From: a virus
Virus record (IMG/VR): IMGVR_UViG_3300025875_000621
Span: 1-64,000 of that record
Direction: 5' to 3' (one strand)
DNA length: 64,000 nt
Part shown: positions 56,537 to 64,000 of the stretch, in pieces
Position numbering within the stretch: position 1 is the stretch's first letter
Layout: every line of letters begins with the position of its first letter
Notes under the pieces: generated by a model
Database searches by the model: none
The model's input: only the letters and a program-made list of their open reading frames with translations
What the model was told of the DNA's origin: nothing
Program-made: the position numbers and the translations under genes

Positions 56537-57976
56537 TCAGAGACCGCGGGAGACTTCCGCGGCCACCTGCAGCCACGCGTACCGGCTGCGCGGGCTCATC
56601 GCCTGGTAGTCGATGGGCCGGCCACCGGCCAGGGCCGCGTCCGGGGGCACCTCCACCACGGCGCGGGTGAGCTTCCCGAAGTGGGAGTGCACGCGGCGTG
56701 CCAGGTCCCGCTGCGCCCGGACCCGCTCACCGACGGCGGCGGCGGTCTCCGCGCGGACCAGGATGGTGACCGCGTTCCGCACCAGGTCCACCCGCCCGGC
56801 GTCCAGCAGCTGCTCCAGCATGAACGCGGCGTGGTCCACCGTGTCCTCTCCCAGGGACATGGGGACCACCAGCTGGTGGGCGGCGCTGACCGCGGCCTGC
56901 CAGACGGGCGCGATGGAGGAGTTCCCGGTGTCCACGATCACCAGGCGGTAGAAGCGGGACACCAGGCCGTGGACATGGCCGAACCCGTCCGCGTCCACGG
57001 CGTCCCGCAGGCTGGGGTCCTCCGTGGAGGCCAGGACGTCGAAGTGCTGATCCCCCTGCGGGCGCACGTAGTTGTCCAGGTCCCCCATGCGCGCGTTCGG
57101 GCCGGTGAAGCGGGGCAGGTCCCGCAGCAGGTCCACCGCGGTGTTCTTCTGCTCCGGGTTGGCCATGGCCCGCAGTCCCAGCGTGCCCCTGTTCTCGTTG
57201 GCGTCCCAGGCCAGAACTCCGCCGCCGCGGTGCTGACCCAGGGTGGCGGCCAGCGCCAGAACGGTGGTCGTCTTGGGCGCTCCGCCCTTCGGGTTCGCCA
57301 CCACGATGGTGCGGGGCCCGTCGTAGGACCGCTGCACGGTCTGGACGTTCCGCCTCCAGGTCATCTCTGCGCGGGAGGGGCTGGGCTTCACCAGGCCGCC
57401 GGTGCCGCGGCGGACGGCACCCTGCCAGCCCTGCTGCGCGTGCTCCGGGCGGCGGGGCGGCTGGGTGGCCTGCCAGTCCCGGTGGGTGGGGAGCGCGTCC
57501 GGGGCGGTCTCCGCGGGTGCCGGTGCCGGCTCCTCCTCCGGCGCGTGGCGGGGGCGGCCCACCAGGGGGTCCAGCTCCCCCAGCGTGGAGTGCCGGGTCC
57601 CCGGGGCCTGGTCACCGGCCCGCCAGACGGGCTCCTGGGGCAGCGGGTCTGTGCGAACTCGCACAGACCCGGCGGCCTCCGCCGTCCCCGGCCGGGCTGG
57701 GGGCTCCAGCCCGGCCTCCTCCACGCGGCCGTCCGGGTGCACGTACAGCACCCAGGCGCCGGCCGGGTCGTAGGTGTCCACGCGGACGGCGCGCTGCAGC
57801 TCCACGGCCACGTCCTTCACGTGGTCCAGGGCGCTGGTGCGGGCGGTGGCCACGTCCGGCGCTGCCACCGGGCGGTCCGGGCGGCCGGGCATGCTCACCT
57901 CACCGGTGCCGTCCTCCCGGACGGTGGCGGTGATGCGCGGCCAGGTGGGGATGGTGGCGGGGGTGGGCGTGGGCAT
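56537..57976 (-). CDS. MinD/ParA-family ATPase of the tra region
   Basis: NPKGGAPKTT, WDANENRGTLG, IVDTGN. Confidence 0.8.
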   Translation of the reverse strand: MPTPTPATIPTWPRITATVREDGTGEVSMPGRPDRPVAAPDVATARTSALDHVKDVAVELQRAVRVDTYDPAGAWVLYVHPDGRVEEAGLEPPARPGTAEAAGSVRVRTDPLPQEPVWRAGDQAPGTRHSTLGELDPLVGRPRHAPEEEPAPAPAETAPDALPTHRDWQATQPPRRPEHAQQGWQGAVRRGTGGLVKPSPSRAEMTWRRNVQTVQRSYDGPRTIVVANPKGGAPKTTTVLALAATLGQHRGGGVLAWDANENRGTLGLRAMANPEQKNTAVDLLRDLPRFTGPNARMGDLDNYVRPQGDQHFDVLASTEDPSLRDAVDADGFGHVHGLVSRFYRLVIVDTGNSSIAPVWQAAVSAAHQLVVPMSLGEDTVDHAAFMLEQLLDAGRVDLVRNAVTILVRAETAAAVGERVRAQRDLARRVHSHFGKLTRAVVEVPPDAALAGGRPIDYQAMSPRSRYAWLQVAAEVSRGL

Positions 57977-58005
57977 GGGGTCCTCCTCAGGTGGGGTGAT
58001 GCGGG

Positions 58006-59124
58006 TCAGGTGAGCGGGACGCCGTGGGCGCGGAGCCACGGCACGGGGTCTGTGAACTGGCCGTCCAGCTGCACCTCAAAGTGCAGGTGTGGGCCGGTGC
58101 TGTCTCCGTAGGAGCCGATGCGGGCGATCTGCTGGCCGGCCACCACGGGGTCTCCCACGCGGACCATGAGGTCCTGGGGGTACATGTGCGCGGAGCGGGT
58201 GAGGACCTGACGGCCCTGCTCATCCCGCCCGTGGTCCACCACGATCAGGTTTCCGTAGCCGGTGGAGGGCCCGGACCGGATGACCACGCCGGGCCCGGCC
58301 GCGTAGATGGGCTGGCCCAGGCCGGGGGCTATGTCGATGCCGTTGTGCATGGTGCCCCAGCGGGGCCCGTACGGGGACGTCATGCGGCCCACGGCGGGCA
58401 GGGTCCAGCCCTGCGAGGACGCCCCACCGGCGGGCGGCAGCGGCGGGTTCGCACCGCAGGGCAGAGCGCCGGCGCCGTCCACCACGGGGGTGGTGATGAC
58501 CTGCGCTCCGGCCAGGGCGTTCACCACCTGCGTGGCGGGGCCCCAGTAGCGCGTGTAGTGGTTCGGGTCCGCGTTCCGCTGGACGCGGTGCGCGGCCATG
58601 GTGGGCGCCATGGTCTCCCAGCCCTGGACGCTGCGGAGGCCGGGCTGTCCGCCGCGGCCGCCGGTGAAGAACATGGTGGCGCTGCCGTAGGCGTCCAGGC
58701 GTACCTCCCGCGGTCCCCACGGGTCCCGCTGCTGGAACCAGCCCAGGGAGTCCGGCCCGGCCAGGTCCCCGTGGTCCACCGCGGTCAGGGTGGACTCCCC
58801 CATGGAGACCATGACGCCGATGGTCTGGCCCTGGACGGAGAACCCGGCGTCCGCTCCGGCCTGGATGATCGCGGCTGCTCCCACCAGCTGGGCGCCGGAG
58901 TAGCCGGCCACGGAGCCGGTGGGCACGCCGGACACGGACACGGAGACGCTACCGCCAGTGGCAGCGCAGGGGGTCTGCTGGTCCGCGTCATCCTGGGCCA
59001 TGACGGTCAGGAAGATCAGCAGGAGGATCAGGAAAAACACGGGGCTGGCCACCAGCATGGCGCCCAGGGCGGGGAGCGCGTACCGGGCCGCGGCGCTCCT
59101 GGTCACGCCTCCTGCGGTGCTCAC
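58006..59124 (-). CDS. M23 peptidase with lysozyme-like N-domain (conjugative cell-wall hydrolase)
   Basis: GEST, DSLGWFQQR, HNGID, STGPHLHFEV. Confidence 0.88.
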   Translation of the reverse strand: MSTAGGVTRSAAARYALPALGAMLVASPVFFLILLLIFLTVMAQDDADQQTPCAATGGSVSVSVSGVPTGSVAGYSGAQLVGAAAIIQAGADAGFSVQGQTIGVMVSMGESTLTAVDHGDLAGPDSLGWFQQRDPWGPREVRLDAYGSATMFFTGGRGGQPGLRSVQGWETMAPTMAAHRVQRNADPNHYTRYWGPATQVVNALAGAQVITTPVVDGAGALPCGANPPLPPAGGASSQGWTLPAVGRMTSPYGPRWGTMHNGIDIAPGLGQPIYAAGPGVVIRSGPSTGYGNLIVVDHGRDEQGRQVLTRSAHMYPQDLMVRVGDPVVAGQQIARIGSYGDSTGPHLHFEVQLDGQFTDPVPWLRAHGVPLT

Positions 59125-59618
59125 CGGGCCGGTGGGGTGATGCGCTCCACCCGCCAGGGGCTGGCGCCGTCCTCCCGGACCATCAGCACGGCGTAGGTGC
59201 CGCCGTCCGTGTCCACCTGGGCGGTGGCCAGGTACGCGGAGGGGGAGGTGACCGTGGCGTCCCGCACGGTGCGGGCGGTGATGGTGGTGGGGTCCGTGCC
59301 GTACTGCTCTGCCTGGCCGGTGGCGGTGAGGTGCCCGGCCAGCACCTCATACCAGGTCTGCGGGTCCCGGTCCGGCTGGGCGTAGGCGCGCATGGCGTCC
59401 AGGGCCAGCAGGCGGGCGTCCTGCTCCGCGGCCGCATCCCAGGTGGGCGCGGGCTGGGGGGTGCCCAGCCCGGCGTGCTCATCTGAGGGCCCGTCCGCGG
59501 GGGACGGCGCCGGGACGGTCACGGTGACCGGGGCGGCAGCGTCCGGTGGGGGCGGGCTGGAGCAGCCGGCCAGGACGGCAGTCGCCAGCAGTGCGGCAGC
59601 GGTGGTGGGGTAGCGCAC
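59121..59618 (-). CDS. Conjugation-associated lipoprotein
   Basis: Lipobox LAGC; YGTDP; WRVERI. Confidence 0.7.
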   Translation of the reverse strand: MRYPTTAAALLATAVLAGCSSPPPPDAAAPVTVTVPAPSPADGPSDEHAGLGTPQPAPTWDAAAEQDARLLALDAMRAYAQPDRDPQTWYEVLAGHLTATGQAEQYGTDPTTITARTVRDATVTSPSAYLATAQVDTDGGTYAVLMVREDGASPWRVERITPPAR

Positions 59619-59781
59619 GGGGTCCTCCTCCATCCCAGCTAACGGGGCGCACCCATCGAACCACGGAGTGCCACCGTCCGTCACCAGCTGGCGCGGAGAC
59701 CAGCGCGCCCTGTAGTCAACTAGCGTGGACTCCGGCAAGAATGGGCCAGCGTCATCAGGGGCGCGGTGAGAGGAGCTGGAC

Positions 59782-60237
59782 GTGGCGGAGCAGGACGACC
59801 AGCCGGTACCGCACACCCTGGCGGAGAAGCTGGACCGCCTGTTCCGCACGGTGCACCCCGCTGGCCGCGGCCCGTACAGCAGTGAGGAGGTGGCCACCGC
59901 TCTCCGCACCCAGGAGCTGCCCACCATCTCCGCCACCTACCTGTGGCAGCTGCGGAACGGGGCGCGGGACAACCCCACGAAGCGGCACCTGGAGGGGCTG
60001 GCCACCTTCTTCGGGGTGGACCCCGGGTACTTCTTCGACGCGGAGGCCAGTGCGCGGATCACCGCGGAGCTGGAGCTGCTGGCCGCCATGCGGGATCAGG
60101 ACGTGCGGTCCGTGGCGCTGCGTGCCGCGGACCTGTCCCCGGAGTCCCTGGCCGCCGTCCGCTGCATGATCGAACACACCCGGCGCCTGGAGGGCCTACC
60201 CGCTGAGCCCGGAACCCCCGCGGCTGCGGTGGTCTGA
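59782..60237 (+). CDS. XRE/EspR-like HTH transcriptional regulator, divergent from the tra operon
   Basis: LAEKLDRLF.TVHPAGRGPYS...ISATYLWQLRNG.RDNP...LATFFGV. Confidence 0.85.
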   Translation: MAEQDDQPVPHTLAEKLDRLFRTVHPAGRGPYSSEEVATALRTQELPTISATYLWQLRNGARDNPTKRHLEGLATFFGVDPGYFFDAEASARITAELELLAAMRDQDVRSVALRAADLSPESLAAVRCMIEHTRRLEGLPAEPGTPAAAVV

Positions 60238-60251
60238 CCCACCACCCTCCC

Positions 60252-60268
60252 GTACATTCCTGGTGTAC
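60252..60268. promoter_or_regulatory. Operator GTACAT-N5-GTGTAC
   Basis: One mismatch; followed by CCAGCTGAGGAGC. Confidence 0.7.
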
Positions 60269-60297
60269 GTACACGCACCAGCTGAGGAGCTGAGACC

Positions 60298-60495
60298 ATG
60301 AGCGCACCGCAGCGCACCGTGCGGGTGTCCCTGCTGGGAGGCCCCCTGGACGGGAAGGTGGCGGAGCCCGCCTCCCTGCCGGGGACGAAGGGCCTCCGCA
60401 TCCGGGGGCAGGTGTACCGGCCCACCGGCCGGGTGGACCGGGACGGGCGGCCCATCTACGCGCACGCCAGCGTGAACTGGCCTCCCCGGTCCTGA
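60298..60495 (+). CDS. Small hypothetical protein
   Basis: Start motif; LLGGPLDG. Confidence 0.65.
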   Translation: MSAPQRTVRVSLLGGPLDGKVAEPASLPGTKGLRIRGQVYRPTGRVDRDGRPIYAHASVNWPPRS

Positions 60496-60590
60496 CGGAC
60501 CCCTCCGCTAGAACAGCGCCCGCCCGCGTGTCGCTCAGGACACGTAGGCGGGCGCTCTGCATGTCGGTTACCCTCCGCAGCAGGCGTATC

Positions 60591-60609
60591 GCTGGCTGAG
60601 GGCCGGGCG
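60591..60609 (+). promoter_or_regulatory. GCTGGCTnnGGGCCGGGCG motif upstream of major capsid gene
   Basis: Matches 12956..12974. Confidence 0.55.
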
Positions 60610-60642
60610 CGTGGCACCGCACCCCCCTCAGGAGACCCCGCC

Positions 60643-62415
60643 GTGACCCGTTCCCGGTCCACCACCACCCTGCTGCCCCGCATCCCCCGGGACGTCCCCG
60701 GCTACCTGCTGACCGTGTTCACCGCGCCCGTGGCCACGGAGCCGTTCCAGGCGCCGGAGGACCTGACCGTCCTCACGGACCAGGAGCTGGCGGACCTGGA
60801 GGCCGCGGCGGTCGCCGTCGTGGAGTCCATCGCCGGCATGGAGCACCCCACGGACGAGGACGCGGACGAGGCGGAGCGCGTCGCCGGCGTCATCGCCAGC
60901 GTGCGTGAGGTCTCCGCCGGCCGGGAGGAGGCCGCGGAGGCACGCCGGGCCCGCATCAGCGGCGCCCGTGAGCAGGTCGTGGTCCCCGCCGTGGAGGAGC
61001 CCCCCGCGGAGGAGGTCGTGGTCCCCAACGACGCTTCTGAGCTGACGGACCCGGCGCAGGCCGTGGAGCCGCAGCCGGAGGCCGTCACCGCCTCCCCCGC
61101 CGCCCCGGCCGCGCGCACCGGTGCCACCGCCGCCACCCGGGTCCGGGCCGCGGACGTCGGCACGCGTGCGAACGCCGCCACCGCCCCGCAGCGCCGGCCG
61201 GTCTCCCTGACCGCCGCCCCGGACGCCCCCGGCGTCACCCCGAACAGCACGTTCGACTCCATCCAGGACGTGGCGGACGTCGTGGGCCGCCGGGCCAGCG
61301 AGTACCCGGAGACGGTGGTCCCCGGCTCCGCGCGGGTGAAGATGCGCCACGGCATCGCGATCCTGCGGAAGGACGTGGACGCCAACCTGGTGGCCGCGAA
61401 CACCACGGACAGCCACGTCCTGGAGTTCGCCGCCCAGGAGTCCCGGCTGCGCGGTGGGTCCCTGGTGGCCGCCGGCGGCTGGTGCGCCCCCAGCGAGACG
61501 CTGTACGACCTGGTGGAGTTGGAGGCCGCGGACGGTCTCCTGGACCTGCCGGAGATCCAGGTGCGGCGCGGCGGAATCCGGTTCACCCCCGGCCCGTCCT
61601 TCTCCGACATCTACTCCGGCGTGGGCCGCGGCTTCTCCCAGACGGAGGCCCAGGCCATCGCCGGGGACACGAAGCCCTGCTACAAGATCGACTGCCCGGA
61701 CTTCACGGAGGTGCGCGCCGGGGTGGAGGGGCTGTGCATCACCAACTCCATCCTGCAGAACACCGCGTACCCGGAGCTGACCGCCCGCGTGGTCCGCGGC
61801 GCCCTGGCCGCGCACGCCCACCGGATCAGCGCCAAGTCCATCGCGAAGATGGTGGCCGGCTCCACCGTGGTGGCCCCGTTCGCCGCGCAGGGCGGCGGCG
61901 TGGCCCCCGTCCTGAACGCCGTGGAGCTGGGCGTGGAGGACTACCGGTACAAGCACCGCATGCCCCGCGGCGCCACCCTGGAAGCCGTGTTCCCCGCGTG
62001 GGTGTTCGGCGCCCTCCGCGCGGACCTGGCGTTCCGCTCCGGCCTGGACGCCCTGGACGTCACGGACGCCATGATCCGCGCGTGGTTCACCGCCCGCGGC
62101 ATCGTCCCCCAGTTCGTCTACGACTGGCAGGACACCACCCTGGGTGCCGCCACCGCGGCCGCCGCGTGGCCCACCACCCTGCAGTTCATGCTCTACGCGG
62201 CCGGCACCTGGGTCCGCGGCATGGGCGAGGTCATCAGCCTGGACACGGTGTACGACTCCGCCGGCCTGGCCCAGAACGAGTACGTGGGCCTCTTCACGGA
62301 GGAGAAGCTGCTGGTGGCGAAGCTGGGCCACGACTCCCGCCTGTACACGGTGCCGATCAGCGCCAACGGCGTCACCGCCGCCCAGGCCACCATCCCCAGC
62401 TCCGCGGCGGCCTGA
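60643..62415 (+). CDS. Major capsid (hexamer) protein with N-terminal scaffold-like region
   Basis: SLVAAGGWCAPSETLYDL, LPEIQVRRGGIRF, KPCYKIDCPDF.EVR, AYPEL, QFVYDWQ, YAAGTWV, LFTEE. Confidence 0.92.
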   Translation: MTRSRSTTTLLPRIPRDVPGYLLTVFTAPVATEPFQAPEDLTVLTDQELADLEAAAVAVVESIAGMEHPTDEDADEAERVAGVIASVREVSAGREEAAEARRARISGAREQVVVPAVEEPPAEEVVVPNDASELTDPAQAVEPQPEAVTASPAAPAARTGATAATRVRAADVGTRANAATAPQRRPVSLTAAPDAPGVTPNSTFDSIQDVADVVGRRASEYPETVVPGSARVKMRHGIAILRKDVDANLVAANTTDSHVLEFAAQESRLRGGSLVAAGGWCAPSETLYDLVELEAADGLLDLPEIQVRRGGIRFTPGPSFSDIYSGVGRGFSQTEAQAIAGDTKPCYKIDCPDFTEVRAGVEGLCITNSILQNTAYPELTARVVRGALAAHAHRISAKSIAKMVAGSTVVAPFAAQGGGVAPVLNAVELGVEDYRYKHRMPRGATLEAVFPAWVFGALRADLAFRSGLDALDVTDAMIRAWFTARGIVPQFVYDWQDTTLGAATAAAAWPTTLQFMLYAAGTWVRGMGEVISLDTVYDSAGLAQNEYVGLFTEEKLLVAKLGHDSRLYTVPISANGVTAAQATIPSSAAA

Positions 62416-62445
62416 CCCTTCCCCGGGTCTGACCCACCGCCCGTC

Positions 62446-62489
62446 TGACGTGAGGCCGGGGAGCCCACCGGCTCCCCGGCCTCACGTCA
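62446..62489 (+). terminator. 20-bp perfect hairpin between the two capsid genes
   Basis: TGACGTGAGGCCGGGGAGCC-cacc-GGCTCCCCGGCCTCACGTCA. Confidence 0.8.
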
Positions 62490-62508
62490 TGGAAGGAGCA
62501 CCAGCAGC

Positions 62509-63339
62509 ATGACCACCCCCCTGTTCGGCCAGCGGCTCATCGTGGAGGAGCCCGTCCCGGAGTCCACCGGCTACGGGCTGTACTCCGCGGCCACCGTGGT
62601 GGACTCCACGGACAAGCGGGCCTCCATGGGCGTGCAGTGGGAGTCCAGCTCCTGCGGTGTGGCCGGGACGTACCCGATCAACTGCCCCGGGGACTTCACC
62701 CTCCCGCTGACGGACGGCATCCCGTGGGTGGACGCCGCCCCGTTCGGTGTCGCCGCCGGGCAGCAGTGCAAGCCGGTGGGCGTGGAGCTGGAGCGCATCC
62801 AGGAGCTGGCGCAGGTCCGGTTCCAGCTCTCTGAGCAGTACGCCGTGGAGCGCGCCTACTGGACCGGGGACGTGTTCCCGGACGGTGTGGAGTCCCCGTA
62901 CCTGACGGACCCCTCCGCGGAGGTCCTGCACGGCACGGACCCGGTGAAGCCCGCGCACGCCGTGGGCCTGCTGGAGGCGTGGCTGGGCCACCAGTCCGGC
63001 GCCGTGGGCGTCATCCACGCGCCCCGCGTCCTGGCCCCCGTCCTGGCCGGCATGGCGGACTCCGCCGGCGGGAAGCTCCGCACGAAGGTGGGGACCCGGC
63101 TGGCGCTGGGCACCGGCTACCTGGGCACCGGCCCCGGCGGCAGCGCGCCCCCGGCGGACACCGTGTGGGTGTACGCCACCGGCCCCGTGCAGGTGGTCCG
63201 CGCGCAGGAGCGCCTGACCCCGCAGAACCCCGCAGACGCGCTGGACCGGTCCACCAACGAGGCCCGCGCCCACGCGGTCCGCATCGTGTCCGTGGGGCAC
63301 GCCTGCGGGCTGGCAGCAGTCCTGGTCACCCTGACCTGA
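62509..63339 (+). CDS. Major capsid pentamer / second capsid protein
   Basis: YGLYSAA, EQYAVERAYW, GVIHAP, GTGY, WVYATGPV, TNE; follows the hexamer gene. Confidence 0.8.
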   Translation: MTTPLFGQRLIVEEPVPESTGYGLYSAATVVDSTDKRASMGVQWESSSCGVAGTYPINCPGDFTLPLTDGIPWVDAAPFGVAAGQQCKPVGVELERIQELAQVRFQLSEQYAVERAYWTGDVFPDGVESPYLTDPSAEVLHGTDPVKPAHAVGLLEAWLGHQSGAVGVIHAPRVLAPVLAGMADSAGGKLRTKVGTRLALGTGYLGTGPGGSAPPADTVWVYATGPVQVVRAQERLTPQNPADALDRSTNEARAHAVRIVSVGHACGLAAVLVTLT

Positions 63340-63357
63340 CCTGAGAGAGGACCCAGC

Positions 63358-63885
63358 ATGAGCGAGTTCGTCACCGTCTACGTCAAGAACGGCGACCAGC
63401 AGGAGACCGCCCGGAAGCTCCTGGACGCCGCGGGCACCGACCCGGACTCCGTGGAGACCGTCACCGGCGGCTTCCGCGTCCGTGAGGAGGTGGCCGTGGC
63501 CGCCGGCTACGGCCCGGGGGAGGCCACGTCCGTGGACAGCGGGAACGTGGAGGGTGACGCGCTCCGCCAGAACGGCGGGACCGTCCACCTCCAGCACGCG
63601 ATCGACACGGGGGAGGTGCCGGAGGACGCCATGCCGGCCACCACCCTCACGGACGCCGTGCAGCAGACCGTGGAGCGTGGCGCGCAGCAGGCCGTGGAGC
63701 CCCCGGCCATGAACCCGGACGGGGACACCCCGGCCGCGCCGCCCACCCTCCCGGAGCCCGCGGAGCTGCGCGGGGAGGCGCTGGACCAGGCCCTCCGGGA
63801 CGCCAACCTGTCCACGGACGGCCGGGCGGACGAGAAGCGGGCCCGCCTGGCGGAGTTCCGTGCCACCCAGGCGGCGAACGCCTGA
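63358..63885 (+). CDS. Head-associated protein with C-terminal SAP/HeH-like helix pair
   Basis: ARKLLDAA...V.T..GGFRV; LRGEALDQALRDANLSTDGRADEKRARL. Confidence 0.65.
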   Translation: MSEFVTVYVKNGDQQETARKLLDAAGTDPDSVETVTGGFRVREEVAVAAGYGPGEATSVDSGNVEGDALRQNGGTVHLQHAIDTGEVPEDAMPATTLTDAVQQTVERGAQQAVEPPAMNPDGDTPAAPPTLPEPAELRGEALDQALRDANLSTDGRADEKRARLAEFRATQAANA

Positions 63886-63903
63886 CCCCGTAGCACCACC
63901 CCT

Positions 63904-63939
63904 GCGGCCCAGGTCCCCCAACCCGGGGACCTGGGCCGC
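63904..63939 (+). terminator. Hairpin terminator
   Basis: GCGGCCCAGGTCCCC / GGGGACCTGGGCCGC. Confidence 0.7.
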
Positions 63940-64000
63940 CCCCACTCCTGCACTCAGAGGACAGCCCGTGCGTCTCCTGCCCCCCACCCCACCAGGGCAC

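Larger units (their letters stand above)
1..64000. mobile_element. Actinobacterial phage / phage-plasmid-like element carrying head genes plus a conjugation module (extends beyond both window ends)
   Basis: TerL, portal, MuF-protease and capsid genes together with relaxase/T4SS genes; dense small ORFs with 4-nt start/stop overlaps; no host housekeeping genes. Confidence 0.9.

Noticed and set aside
30928-57976. ParB-domain genes plus MinD/ParA ATPase as a plasmid partition system
   Set aside because: The ParB proteins lack the HTH/dimerisation region and sit with a glycosyltransferase; the ATPase is 25 kb away inside the tra operon. Plasmid status cannot be claimed from these.
16205-60268. 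Operator palindrome as an SOS/LexA box
   Set aside because: Sequence and spacing (GTACAC-N5-GTGTAC) differ from the actinobacterial TCGAAC-N4-GTTCGA.
39800-60300. Discrete ICE/transposon boundaries around the conjugation block
   Set aside because: No direct or terminal inverted repeats, tRNA target or recombinase recognised by eye; cannot be fully excluded without alignment to relatives.

Overview
Very high-GC (roughly 75% by eye) actinobacterial mobile element with almost no host housekeeping genes. It carries a tailed-phage head/packaging set resembling mycobacteriophage cluster B: terminase large subunit, DUF1360 protein, portal, MuF-protease fusion, and major capsid hexamer and pentamer. 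About 45 kb separates the protease from the capsid genes. That interval holds dozens of small phage-type accessory ORFs and two probable DNA-modification cassettes (VUT/QueF-like/DpdA-like, and ParB-ParB-glycosyltransferase). It also holds a seemingly complete conjugation system: a candidate MOBP oriT, MobC, relaxase, VirD4, VirB4, PrgI/VirB3-like, VirB6-like, pilin-like, M23 hydrolase and an EspR-like regulator. The phage and conjugation parts share strong CGAS/STCG avoidance, phage-type ORFs are interleaved with the mob/tra genes, and a prohead-protease paralog sits beside oriT. This suggests one co-evolved 'conjugative phage' or phage-plasmid rather than a fresh ICE insertion. A dispersed regulon (GTACAC-N5-GTGTAC palindrome plus CCAGCTGAGGAGC start-associated sequence) precedes many accessory genes. 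No integrase, replication initiator, tail genes, tRNA, rRNA or CRISPR array was recognised in this window. All family calls come from motif recognition by eye, not database searches.
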